From Ginglymostoma cirratum (lineage: Eukaryota): a stretch of DNA of 64,000 nucleotides. Made by a program: the position numbers and the translations under genes. The DNA is taken from NCBI GenBank assembly GCA_024137785.1, contig JAHRHZ010000039.1:15175984-15239983 (forward strand). Direction: 5' to 3'. Numbering within the stretch: the stretch's first letter is position 1; each line of letters starts with the position of its first letter. Below, in pieces: positions 53,378 through 64,000 of the stretch. The notes below the pieces were generated by a model that worked only from the letters and a program-made list of their open reading frames with translations, made no database searches and was not told where the DNA came from.

Positions 53378-55956
53378 GTATGTAATAAAGCTGACATGGC
53401 CTCTGGAAATTAATCAGAAACCCAGTAAAATTAAAACTGACCTTCCACTGAATGTCATTAGCTATTTGTACAAACATTATTTACCATAAGTTTTTTTTAA
53501 TGCTGTAATACGTCAAGAAAGAACGAAGACCATGTTTCTGCAGGAAGGCTTTATAATAATAAATCTAGTTATTAATGTTGCACTAAAAAAAAATACACAT
53601 AATTTAACCTGGTTACTGATGAATTTTCCCTGCACATTGTGGTTCACAAATGTCCTTTCTTTTACCTAATGAATACAAAAATGTGTGGTGTAATAAACAT
53701 CAGAAAATTTTACTGATGTATATTTTTGCAGGTTGAGAATATGTCACACACTAAGGGGTGTCTTGCAACTGCTTCTTAAATATTGTCAGAGTTAATAAAT
53801 ACCTCCTAGAAGTTAGTTTGAAATCAAATTTATGATATTCTTCAAAATCATCTTTTTTTTATATTGAGGAAGCAGGCCATTCATGTAACTTAAAGTTAGG
53901 CCAGTGTATCTATTCTGGTCTAGGAACTGGATGGCACTGTTTCTGAACAGGTGGGAGGTCATGATTTGCAACCAGCCTGCTCCCATTCAGATTGAGATGG
54001 GCAACATGCAAACTTGGTACCGAAATCCCTTCTGGATGATGGTAATGTTGGCGCACTTTGTCTTCAACTCCGAACAGCCTGGAGCCTCGGCATGCAGCAA
54101 CATTTGGCAATGTTGTTTGTAGACTTGGTGGTAGGAGCCAACTTGGTCTTCTTAAAGGCAAGCTGTACCTTAAAGATAAGCTGCACAAAAATATGACTGC
54201 TAATGTAAATTGTTCAAATGTTAACAGGAGGTCAAAGGGAGAGTTCCATAGTGAAGGAAGTGGCTCTAAAGACAGGAAGATAATGCCACAAATTTATTTG
54301 GGATGCTCTTTCACTTACCTAATGGAATACCTCAACACAATAATTCAGTTATTTGAGATAAAGTTCCATTTGAGGAATGCTTCCACTGCCTCTGTGCTCC
54401 AAGGCAGCTTGTCTTCACATCCAGCCTTGAATGAGTCATAATTTCTGCCCATTAAAATTGGGAGAACTTCCCTCAGTTTCTTTGACCTATGCCAGGTACC
54501 CGATTACCTTGCAGCTGACCCTCTTTCAGGCCAGTGGCCCAGGCTATGTCTCTGATTTTTGAACCTGATTTTCATCCTTTTCTTTTTTCTGATATGGTTC
54601 TCCTCTGTCCCTACCTTAGCCAATAAGACATCAAAATACTCATTCATTCATTTGTCACATCCATATTCAACTACTGTATTCTCAATTTCCTTTGGTTGGC
54701 CTTCGGACCTCCATTCTCCATAACTTCAGCAGTTCATCATTCAAAACACCCATCCTCTGTGTGCTCACTGACCTATGTTAGTTGCTTGTGCTCCAGTGAT
54801 TCAATTTTAAATCCATATTGTTGTGCTTGAATGCTCCACACATTGGCCCTTCATGTTCCTAAAATCTTCCTTCAGTGCTATCACACTGTAAGAACCTGTC
54901 CGTTTCTTTGACTCAATCTTCTTGTGCATCAAGATCTTCATTTACCTCACTACTTGATGACCGTGCCTCCATTCCCTTTGGCTGTACATTCTGCAATTCC
55001 CTCTCTTCACCTCTGCCCAGTTAGATTTTCTGAAAATATTCAACTGAGCTTTTGGACAAGTCTCCACAGATCTGTTTGTTTTTTGTTGATTGCATTGTTC
55101 TCATTATACCTCTATGTAGATTCTTTGAATATTTTTTCTACCAGTAAGTGATAAACCAATATTCACATTGGAATTAGGCAACAAAAGAATTTTGGGGACT
55201 TACATACTTTAGATCATAGTGCAACCATCAGTTTCCACTTGTCCATTACGGACCCTTTCCCTGTGTGGAAGCCAAACCCTAGGAGGGAGAATTAGGCTTT
55301 TCTTTAACAAAGTAGGCACCACTAAGTTAACAAAATACTCAATCAGCAAATTATTAACACTATCATCTCAGTTTCTATTATATCATTCAGTTTAAACATG
55401 TTATGACACACCTCTAAAACAGGTGTAAATTTGACATCCAGCCCTGAGGTAGGGACACTATCACTGTCCCACAACAGCCCTAAAACTCAACTCTTAAATA
55501 CAGAAGTCCAAGGAGCAACATCTGCTCTCAATAAACTTTGCAGCTGATCTGTTTGAGTCTGAGCAGGACATACTGACACTAAAATGTACTATAACTGCGT
55601 GTTGAAATTGACCTCCGTGTCAGTGACACTCAGACAGCAAGGACAAAGACTGAGATATGGATACAGTAAAGGGGGCAAGCTAGAGTCTCAGAAATATGAT
55701 GAGGTGCAGAAGAATGGAATTCTTAACATTGCGAGACCATTTCAGAGATATACGAGAGGTGGGGGGAGACAACAGCGAAATAACTTATCAGATGTGTAGA
55801 TAGGAAGGTAATATAGTTTATTGTGTTTAGGTTCATACCAAATTCTTTTTAAAAAGTGATCTAACTTTGCAGTTATCCTTTTCTATTTTTCTTCCCTTTG
55901 ATCGGGTTTGAAGCCTTCACTCATGTTGCTGTCAAACCAGCTATATACAAAGCACT

Positions 55957-56750
55957 AAAATGAAACAAAGAGCTATGGATGCTAGAGAACTGAAACAAAC
56001 AAAAACAGGAATTGCTGGAGAAACTTAGCAGGTCTGGCAGTATCTGTGGTGAGAGAACAGAGTTAACATTTTGAATGCTGTGACCTTTCTTTGGAAGCAG
56101 AAAGGAAAAGGTGGTATTTATGCTGATGATTGGGGTGTGGTGGGGGGGTTCATTGGTGGTGGTAGGGAACAGAGTGAGTGGGTTGGTGGAGAGGGAGCTC
56201 AGATAGAAAGAGAAAAAAAGGCGGGGTGGGGGGGCGGTGGCAGGCAAACAAAGCGATTCTTCATGGTAAACCGGGGAAGAAGAGGAGCGGATAGGTGATA
56301 ATGAAATGTCGCAAAATGGGTTTTCTGTGCTGAAAGCAACCCATTTCATGACAGAACCCGGGGTTGTGGGGGTAGGTAATCGATAAGGAAGGAGGTTTTC
56401 ATGCCATGAAATTGTTAAATTCGATATTGCATTCTGAAGCCTTTAAAGAAATGGTTGCTCTTAGCACAGTCAACCCATTTTCAACTACTCATGGTCCATA
56501 ATCACCTATCTGGCTTTGCTTCTTCCCTGGCTTGCTATCAATAATCCCTTTGGCTGTTTGCCCCCACTTTTCTCTTTCTCACACTGGGCTCCATCTCCAC
56601 CTATCTGCTCACTCCTTCTCCAACTCCCCATCATCATAAATACCAACATTTTCTCACAGCTTCTGGTTCTGTAGAAGGGTCACTGGACCTGAAATGTTAA
56701 CACTGTTTTCTCTCCACAGATGCTGCCAGATCTGCGAGTTTCTCCAATAA
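55957..56750. mobile_element. Older head-to-head inverted Penelope pLTR pair
   Basis: The minus arm (~55957-56450, purine-rich on +) mirrors the plus arm (~56460-56750), which has a decayed core CTGTAGA-A-GGGTC-ACTG-GACCT-GAAA-TGTT-AAC at 56669-56701. Confidence 0.65.
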
Positions 56751-59700
56751 CCTAGGCCTAGAGTTTCACCCCTGAGGTGGGTGCTTAGAGCCTGGAGATT
56801 TTATGGCTTGCCATGCACAGCTTTGGAAAAAAGTGGCCTGAATTGTGAAACCTTCATTCTGGAAATAGGGTGTAGGGTATTTATGGAACAGAGTCGGCTT
56901 GCCACTCTGGATGCAGTTCAAAGATGGTCACATCAGCTGCTGAATGCTACCCACTACATTTCATCCTTATCAATGACATTGTATTCTGTATCTAGCGTAA
57001 GCAGATCTCATTGCCTGCTGCAATGAAATAACACAAATTTCTAAATACTTGTTACAGCCTTCACATTTAAAAAGTCCTTATTCAGAAAAACTCTATTAAA
57101 TGTATTTAATTTATTCAAAGATTTAATCCCACATAAAAACAAACATTTACATTCTTAACTGTATGTCAAACAAAGCTGTTTCTGACAGGAGATGGTAAGA
57201 TGGACCCATCCCTTTCCCGTCTATTGACTAACGATGGATCGAAGTAATTTAAAAGAAAGGCATTTTTAACCATGCATTCTTCCTATGAGGGCTATAACTG
57301 TTCAGATCAGGATATGGCAGATTTTCTCATAATTTTTTTATTAAAAAAGGACACATTTTCAGTATCCTGCACCCAAATCTATTTGCAACCTCATTTACTT
57401 ACCAATTTATTTAGGTAAACACATTCAAGAAGAGATTGGGATTCCACAAAGGAAGTGTGCATCTAGATCTTAAAATTCGCTGTCACACTTGCTTCTCCTG
57501 AGATTAAGCCCTGAAACATTGCAAGCTGCTATTCCTTTTCAATCCACTGAATAATTAGAGTCTGGAGGTAAATTTGCAATTATTTATTGCTTGCAGTAAC
57601 AGGCTTTGCTTGCTCATACTCGTTGATATGCAGTTGAACCCCTGCATTGAAACCTGCTCTGTTTGCTTTAGGTAGATAAAGGCCAACTCGGCTTGTCTGT
57701 GTGTTCATGTTCTTAGGCAGGGTCCTGTTCCTTCTTTGCTGCAAAATGTGCATTCTTAAATGTCCTTAATCAGAGACCTAGTTTCTGTCATGTTACTAGA
57801 GTGTCTACTCATAAATGGTATGTGATAACTTGGTCATTGTCAAACAATGGCATCTGAATTTCTCTTGTACACCCACAATTGTGATAGAAAAAAGTATTTC
57901 CACATCCATTAAAAAAAAAATCCAATTCAAAGCTAAAATATCTGCAGGTAGCATTATGGACCACCTTCATTACTTAGAGAGGGCAGCAATTACTTCATAG
58001 GAAAGCTGTTAACATTTTAATAACTTCTCAAAGCTATTGTTCATATTTTGATGACTAATCCAGGAAAGAAGCTTAATTTGAGGGATTAATTCAGTTATAT
58101 AACAGGAAAGAAAAGAAAATATGACTTTCAACTCCATTCTGTTTCAAAGAAAAGTGTCCATTATTAACTCTGTTTTAAGGTGAAGTGTCCATCTTGAATA
58201 CATACTTCAAGAGTCTATCTTGCATGAGTGTGACACAAGCAGTCTTCTAGTGCTTCTTGGGGCTGTCAAACTGTGAACTTACTCAACACAGTTCAAATGG
58301 TCTAGCTGAATTCTTGCCCTCATTACTCCCGTTGGCACAAACAGGACGTGTTAGAAATGGAAGCTGTACTTCACGTCCTGGTTCTGATTTGGATATGCTG
58401 CAATCTCCAAGAAAATCTAATCATCATGTCACCTTTGGCTAATCTTAGCCTCAATCAGAAGAGGGTGGGTTAATCAGAAACCTAGTTCCTCTCCAGAAGC
58501 AAGTATATTTGGTACTTTTCAATTGCAGAATTAAGCATGAGCTTTGAAAACATGCCCAAGTTGTTCTCATGCCTTCTTCATTTAACCTGTAGCTCATTCT
58601 GACAGTGGTGATTGTTAAGATTCAGGAAAAACCATTGGTTACTTGCGCAGTTCACAACCACCATCTCAAGGGCAAATAGGTCTAAGTGATAACTGTTCGA
58701 CCAGCCGATGAATCCTATATGAATTAAATGAAGGAATTTAAACAAAAAATGTTTTTCATTTCTAATTAAATTGCATAGCAATTTGGGCAGCGTATAGAAG
58801 AAAATTCCAGCACACATGGATATATTAATATAGATAAATATATAGGAGGGAATTTAAATTAAATTAAATTAAATTTTGTAGATCCCTTTATGTTCACATG
58901 TATCATTCTATAATGAGAGAAGGCATGAAAATACCATTGAAATGAAGCCATCCTATCATTCCTACAGTTGCTGGAAGGATTCTATTAAAGATAAGGCACT
59001 GTCATTTCTGCATTTTACTTTGCGAGCCTTCTGCCTCAGTGGCATCATCAAGTATAATTTTTTGCAAAGAAGTAAATGCAGAGTATCTGAGTTATAAAAC
59101 TGAGAACTACCAGTCTGGCCAAACAAGTGAGTTATGTGTTTTCTTGAATTTAACTCAATTTCAAAGAATTTCCTTCTTTGTGAGAAGGAGCTACAGATTA
59201 CATAAAGAAATGACCCCATCTCTGAGACAAAGAGAAGTTCTCTGTCATTTTCAGGATTAAATATATATACAAAAGGCGACTCGGCAAATTACCCAACAAA
59301 CTGAACTGAATGTTGAAAGATGCACTACTGCATTGCAGAGATGCTGATTGTGTTGTGAACGTTAGAGATTAATCATACTTAAACCCATAAGATACACAGA
59401 ACCTGATGAAGACTGTAGATAAACTTCTTTTTCTGACTTGCCAAAGAAAAACAAAACCGGTGTGAGTTGAGGAAGGGAGAGAGAGAATCCTTTAATTGTG
59501 TAAGAGATATTATGTATCAGTGTTTGTTGAACAAGACGCTGGCTCAGTACTAAAGAACTCTTCATACGACTATAGGGGCTTAAATTCCTGTACTTGCTGC
59601 AATAGCTCTTGAGGATAGTGTCAGTCGAACCATAAAGGACAGTGTCCAGGCAATCATTTCAAAAAAACAGTATGAATCATCTTTGATTCAATATTCACCA

Positions 59701-60829
59701 CCACTAATGCGTCACAGACTGCAGCACTGAACAAGTGTTCAAAGAAGTGTTCACGTAGTGAGACATTACAAATTTCTCACTGTATCAAGAACCATTATTC
59801 TGTACTTTTAACCTGGCCAGCTCAATGCTGTTGATGGAACTAAGAGACATTATTTTATTAGACGTCCCTAACTCTCACTGACTCGTGCTGCTGTCAAGAA
59901 CATGCAGTCATGAATTATTTATCCTCTATATAAAGGTTACACTCCAAACTATAATTCATCAAAACAAGATGCTCCATATTATTTATCGGTATTTGCAGGA
60001 ACAAAGGGCTGCAAAATAACATGACTATCCCATTATAACATTTAATGATATGTAGCACAATATTGAACTAACAGTAATTTAGTCTCTCAGATTGTGATAG
60101 CTGATGGCTACAGATGACTGCCAATTGAGAGAGTTCAAGCCTTCACTCGATTTGTTGAAGTCAAAGTAATGTCAAAATATTGTCTCTGATGTTGACTGAG
60201 AGGTTGGTAAGTGGTTGGGTGGGGCAATTCTGCAATCAGGCTAAGACCCTGTTGAATTTAGAAGCAGGGCCTAGTCATACTTCACCTCACTGCCTCCCAG
60301 CTGCAATCAGCCAGAGTAAAAGACCAACTGGATGGTAAACAGAGAGGATTTTGCCACCAGACTGCAGCCAAGGAGTGAGGAGGACGAAAGCAGAGGTTGT
60401 GAGATGGGAGAAGAGTAGACACAAGGGGAGGGATTTGAGGTGCGGATTGGGAGCTCAAAGCCCAGAAAAGAAGGAGATTGCAAGGTCAGTGAAGGTGATC
60501 GGGAATGTTGCGGGGGGAGGTGGGGAATCAGAATAGCTAAGGGAAATATCAGAATGGTCAGTATGGGAAACAGAAAGGCTCAGGCAGGGAGCTGGAAGCG
60601 TTGGGAAGAAATTGGAAGGATCGGGGGTGTTTGATCATGGGGTTCGGGGATGGATAAATGAAGCAAGCAAACTGCATTCAGCAGGTAAATTAAAGGCACT
60701 TACCTCTAGCAGTCCATCTTCCATTAGCTGTAGAAAACCTAGCTAGCTAACATTCAATTTATAAATTTGGTAAAATTATTAACAGGTGACCCCATTGGAA
60801 CTTTGTTTTTGCTTGTTCATGGATGTGGA

Positions 60830-61127
60830 CATTGCTCACTACCACTAAATCCCAGATGGCAGTTAAGAGTCAGCCATATTGCTGTGTGCCTGGAGTCACA
60901 TGTAGGATAGAGGTTCCCTTCGCTAATGGACGGAACAGAATCAGATGGTTCTTTCCAACAATCAGCAATGGTTTCATGGTCATTATTAGACTCTTAACTC
61001 CAGATTTTTGTTGGATTCAAAGTCCACCACATGCTATGGCAGGAATGAAATTCTGGTCCCCGGAGCATTGACCAGCTCTCTAGATTAATAGTCTAGCGAT
61101 AGTACCACTCACTCATCGCCTCCCTGA
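60830..61127 (-). mobile_element. tRNA-derived SINE, family unassigned
   Basis: Minus-strand head gggaggcgatgagtgagtggtactatcgctagactattaatc...; the body is shared with 2560-2775 and ~35010-35700. Confidence 0.55.
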
Positions 61128-61402
61128 CTAGGTAACCAGACTGTTTCCTGTAAGCAGGTTGGCTGCCCACTCCTAATACCACCTCCATTAAGCATGAAAG
61201 AAGGCAGCCTGGTGTCAAGGTCCAGATTTTTAACTTTTTTTTAAAATCCCAGCTGTTTTTGTGAGTTAGGGCTCCCTTGTTAAGTTCTACATCTGTAACA
61301 GTAAGCTCTGTCCTCTTGTTGTCACCAACAGGTGTGTACACAGTGCAGCCAGTGAGCTGTGAATTAATAACGTTCAAGTAGCCCCTTCTCAACCTGTCTG
61401 AG

Positions 61403-61790
61403 CATAGAACATAGAGCATAGAACAGTAAAGCACAGTACAGGCCCTTCGGCCCACAATATTGTGCCAACCTATTATCCTACTAAGATCAATCTACCCTGT
61501 GTACCCTACATTATACTACCCTCCATGTGCCTATCCAAGAGTCTCTTAAAAGTCTCTAATGTATCTGAGTCCACTACCACTGCAGCAGCGCATTCCACAC
61601 ACCCACCACTCTCTGTGTGAAGAACCTACCTCTGACATCTCCCCTATACCTTTCTCCAATCACCTTAACATTATACCCCCTCGTAATAGTCATTTCCACC
61701 CTAGGAAAAAGTCTCTAATTATCCACCCTATCTATGCCTCTCATCATCTTGTACACCTCTATCAAGTCACCTCTCATCCTTCTTCACTCC
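61403..61790 (-). mobile_element. CR1 LINE 3' part (outer element, split by a nested insertion)
   Basis: (TTCTATG)n-like tail at 61403-61423 and CR1 3' motifs; continues exactly at 63121. Confidence 0.85.
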
Positions 61791-63120
61791 TTTTATGAAT
61801 CATTTGGATAGCAGTAACAGGATAGGTCAGAGTCAGCATGGATTTACGAAGGGGAAATCGTGCTTGACTAATCTTCTGGAATTTTTTGAGGATGTAACTA
61901 TGAAGATGGTCAAGGGAGAGCCAGTGGATGTAGTGTACCTGGACTTTCAGAAAGCCTTTGATAAAGTCCCACATAGGAGATTAGTGAGCAAAATTAGGGC
62001 ACATGGTATTGGGGGCAAAATACTGACTTGGATTGAAAATTGGCTGGCTGACAGGAAGCAAAGAGTAGTGATAAACAGGTCCCTTTCGGAATGGCAGGTG
62101 GTGACCAGTGGGGTACCGCAAGGTTCGGTGCTGGGACCGCAGCTGTTTACAATATACATTAATGATATAGATGAAGGCATTGAAAGTAATATTAGCAAAT
62201 TTGCTGATGACACAAAGCTGGGTGGCAGTATGAAATGTGAGGAGGATGTTATGAGAGTACAGGGTGACTTGGACAGGCTAGGTGAGTGGACGGATGCATG
62301 GCAGATGCAGTTTTATGTGGACAAATGTGAGGTTATCCACTTTGGTGGCAAGAACAGGAAGGCAGATTACTATCTAAATGGAGTCAAATTAGGTAAAGGG
62401 GAAGTACAACGAGATCTAGATGTTCTTGTACATCAGTCAATGAAAGCAAGCATGCAGGTACAGCAGGCAGTGAAGAAAGCTAATGGCATGCTGGCCTTCA
62501 TAACAAGAGGAATTGAGTATAGGAGCAAAGAGGTCCTTCTGCAGCTGTACAGGGCCTGGGTGAGACCGCACCTGGAGTATTGTGTGCAGTTTTGGTCTCC
62601 AAATTTGAGGAAGGACATTCTTGCTATTGAGGGAGTGCAGTGTAGGTTCACGAGGTTAATTCCCGGAATGGCGGGACTATCATATGTTGAAAGATTGGAG
62701 CGACTGAGCTTGTATACGCTTGAGTTTAGAAGGATGAGAGGGGATCTGATTGAGACGTATAAGATTATTAAGGGATTGGACACTCTGGAGGCAGGGAGCA
62801 TGTTTCTGCTGATGGGTGAGTCCAGAACCAGAGGACACAGTTTAAAAATAAGGGGTAGGCCATTTAGAACAGAGTTGAGGAAAAAATTCTTCACCCAGAG
62901 AGTGATGGATATATGGAATGCTCTGCCCCAGAAGGCAGTGGAGGCCAAGTCTACTTTCAAGAAAGAGATGGATAGAGCTCTAATAGATAATGGAATCAAG
63001 GGTTACGGGGATAAGGCAGGAACAGGATACTGATTGTGGATGATCAGCCATGATCATAATGAATGGTGGCGCTGGCTTGAAGGGCCGAATAGCCTACTCC
63101 TGCACCTATTGTCTGTTGTC
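61791..63120 (+). mobile_element. Young 5'-truncated CR1 LINE with an uninterrupted RT frame (61795-63033, 412 aa)
   Basis: QHGFTKGKSCLTNL, YLDFQKAFDKV, GVPQGSVLGP, KFADDTKL, RPHLEYCVQFW, followed by a 3' UTR with GGGCCGAATAGCCTACTCCTGCACCTATTGTCT. Confidence 0.95.
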
Positions 63121-63490
63121 AATGAAAAAAGCCCTAGCTCCCTCAACCTTTCCTCATAAGACCTGCCCTCCAGTCCAGGCAGCATCCTGGTAAATCTCCT
63201 CTGCGCCCTCTCTAAAGCTTCCACATCCTTCCTGTAATGAGGTGACCAGAACTGAACACAATATTCTAAGTGTGGTCTAACCAGAGTTTTATGGAGTTGC
63301 AGCGTAACCTCACAGCTCTTAAACTCAATTCCACTGCCAATGAAATCCAACACACCATACACCTTCTTTACAACCCTATCAACTTGGGTAGCAACTTTGA
63401 GGGATCTGTGGACGTGGACCCCAAGATCCCTCTGTTCCTCCACACTGCCGAGAATCCTGCCATTAACCCTGTATTCTGCATTCAAATTCA
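63121..63490 (-). mobile_element. CR1 LINE 5' part (outer element)
   Basis: The minus ORF reads EEQRDLGVHVH...LVRPHLEYCVQFWSPHYRKD...YEERLRELGLFSL. Confidence 0.9.
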
Positions 63491-63493
63491 ACC

Positions 63494-63768
63494 TCAGTCC
63501 ACCTCTGATGAAGCCTGGGTGTTCTGTCCTGCTTGCTATTTATGTGTCTCAGTTTGCTGGGGTGGGTGGCATTTGTTTACAAATCCAGAAGTGATGCCAA
63601 CCGCTCAGCAAACCGAGACACGTAAGTAGCAAGCAGGACAGAACACTGACGCTTCATCAGAGGTGCACTGATGATGTTACCTAGCATGGTAATGAAGTGT
63701 CTGCGAACAAACTTATCAGCTCAGTTAGCACATCAACAACCTGAGCTACAAATCTTCTCAAAAACCTT
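63494..63768 (+). mobile_element. Penelope pLTR with a 5' inverted partial copy; decayed hammerhead
   Basis: Inverted arms ~63494-63572 and ~63594-63671. GTGCA-CTGATGA-T-GTTACC-TAGCAT-GGTAAT-GAAG-TGTC-TGCG. The tail acaacctgagctacaaatcttctcaaaaacctt matches the 20239 element. Confidence 0.75.
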
Positions 63769-63885
63769 GAATTATTAACAAAAAAATTACAGACGCCCAG
63801 ATTAAAACAAATATGGAAACAACAAAGAATATTTATAAAGAATCATCCCCAGAAAATCTGTGTGGTATTGCTTTTAATTAGAAGA

Positions 63886-64000
63886 TAGATAGAATCCCTA
63901 CAGTGTGGAAACAGGCCCTCCAGCCCAACAAGTCCACACCAAACCTCAGAGCATTCCACCCAGACTCATCCCCCTATGACCCACACACCCCTGGACACTA
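63886..64000 (-). mobile_element. HE1-type SINE 3' end, truncated by the window edge
   Basis: Reverse complement of the tail seen at 33930-34050. Confidence 0.8.

Noticed and set aside
62433-62999. 188-aa minus-strand ORF (and 61947-62213)
   Set aside because: Antisense shadow of the CR1 RT frame.
61795-63033. 412-aa reverse transcriptase as a retron, DGR or domesticated gene
   Set aside because: It is a typical 5'-truncated CR1 ORF2 with its own 3' UTR and no endonuclease domain, inserted into another LINE.

Overview
Eukaryotic, AT-rich genomic DNA, almost certainly from a cartilaginous fish: it carries HE1-type SINEs, CR1/HER1 LINEs and DeuSINE-like relics, and a carpet/bamboo shark is plausible but unproven. 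The window lies inside a + strand kainate-type glutamate receptor gene, most likely GRIK1. Three coding exons are visible: the M2 pore-loop exon with the Q/R editing codon (22900-23018), the M3/SYTANLAAF exon (26611-26828, ending in a GC donor) and an S2 ligand-binding exon (53152-53377). The rest is intron filled with mobile DNA: CR1 fragments (one nested, with an intact 412-aa RT frame), a decayed RTE-clade LINE, an internally deleted Tigger transposon, SINEs and solo-LTR-like pieces. Two RNA-level signals stand out. (1) About ten short Penelope-derived insertions carry minimal type I hammerhead ribozyme cores with covarying helix II, five of them with 12-14 bp target-site duplications. (2) An ordered set of nested complementary blocks about 2.4 kb downstream of the Q/R site looks like the editing-complementary sequence, with competing structures nearby. 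Everything was read by eye; repeat boundaries are approximate unless a TSD or TIR is quoted. Most ORF-track entries are spurious.
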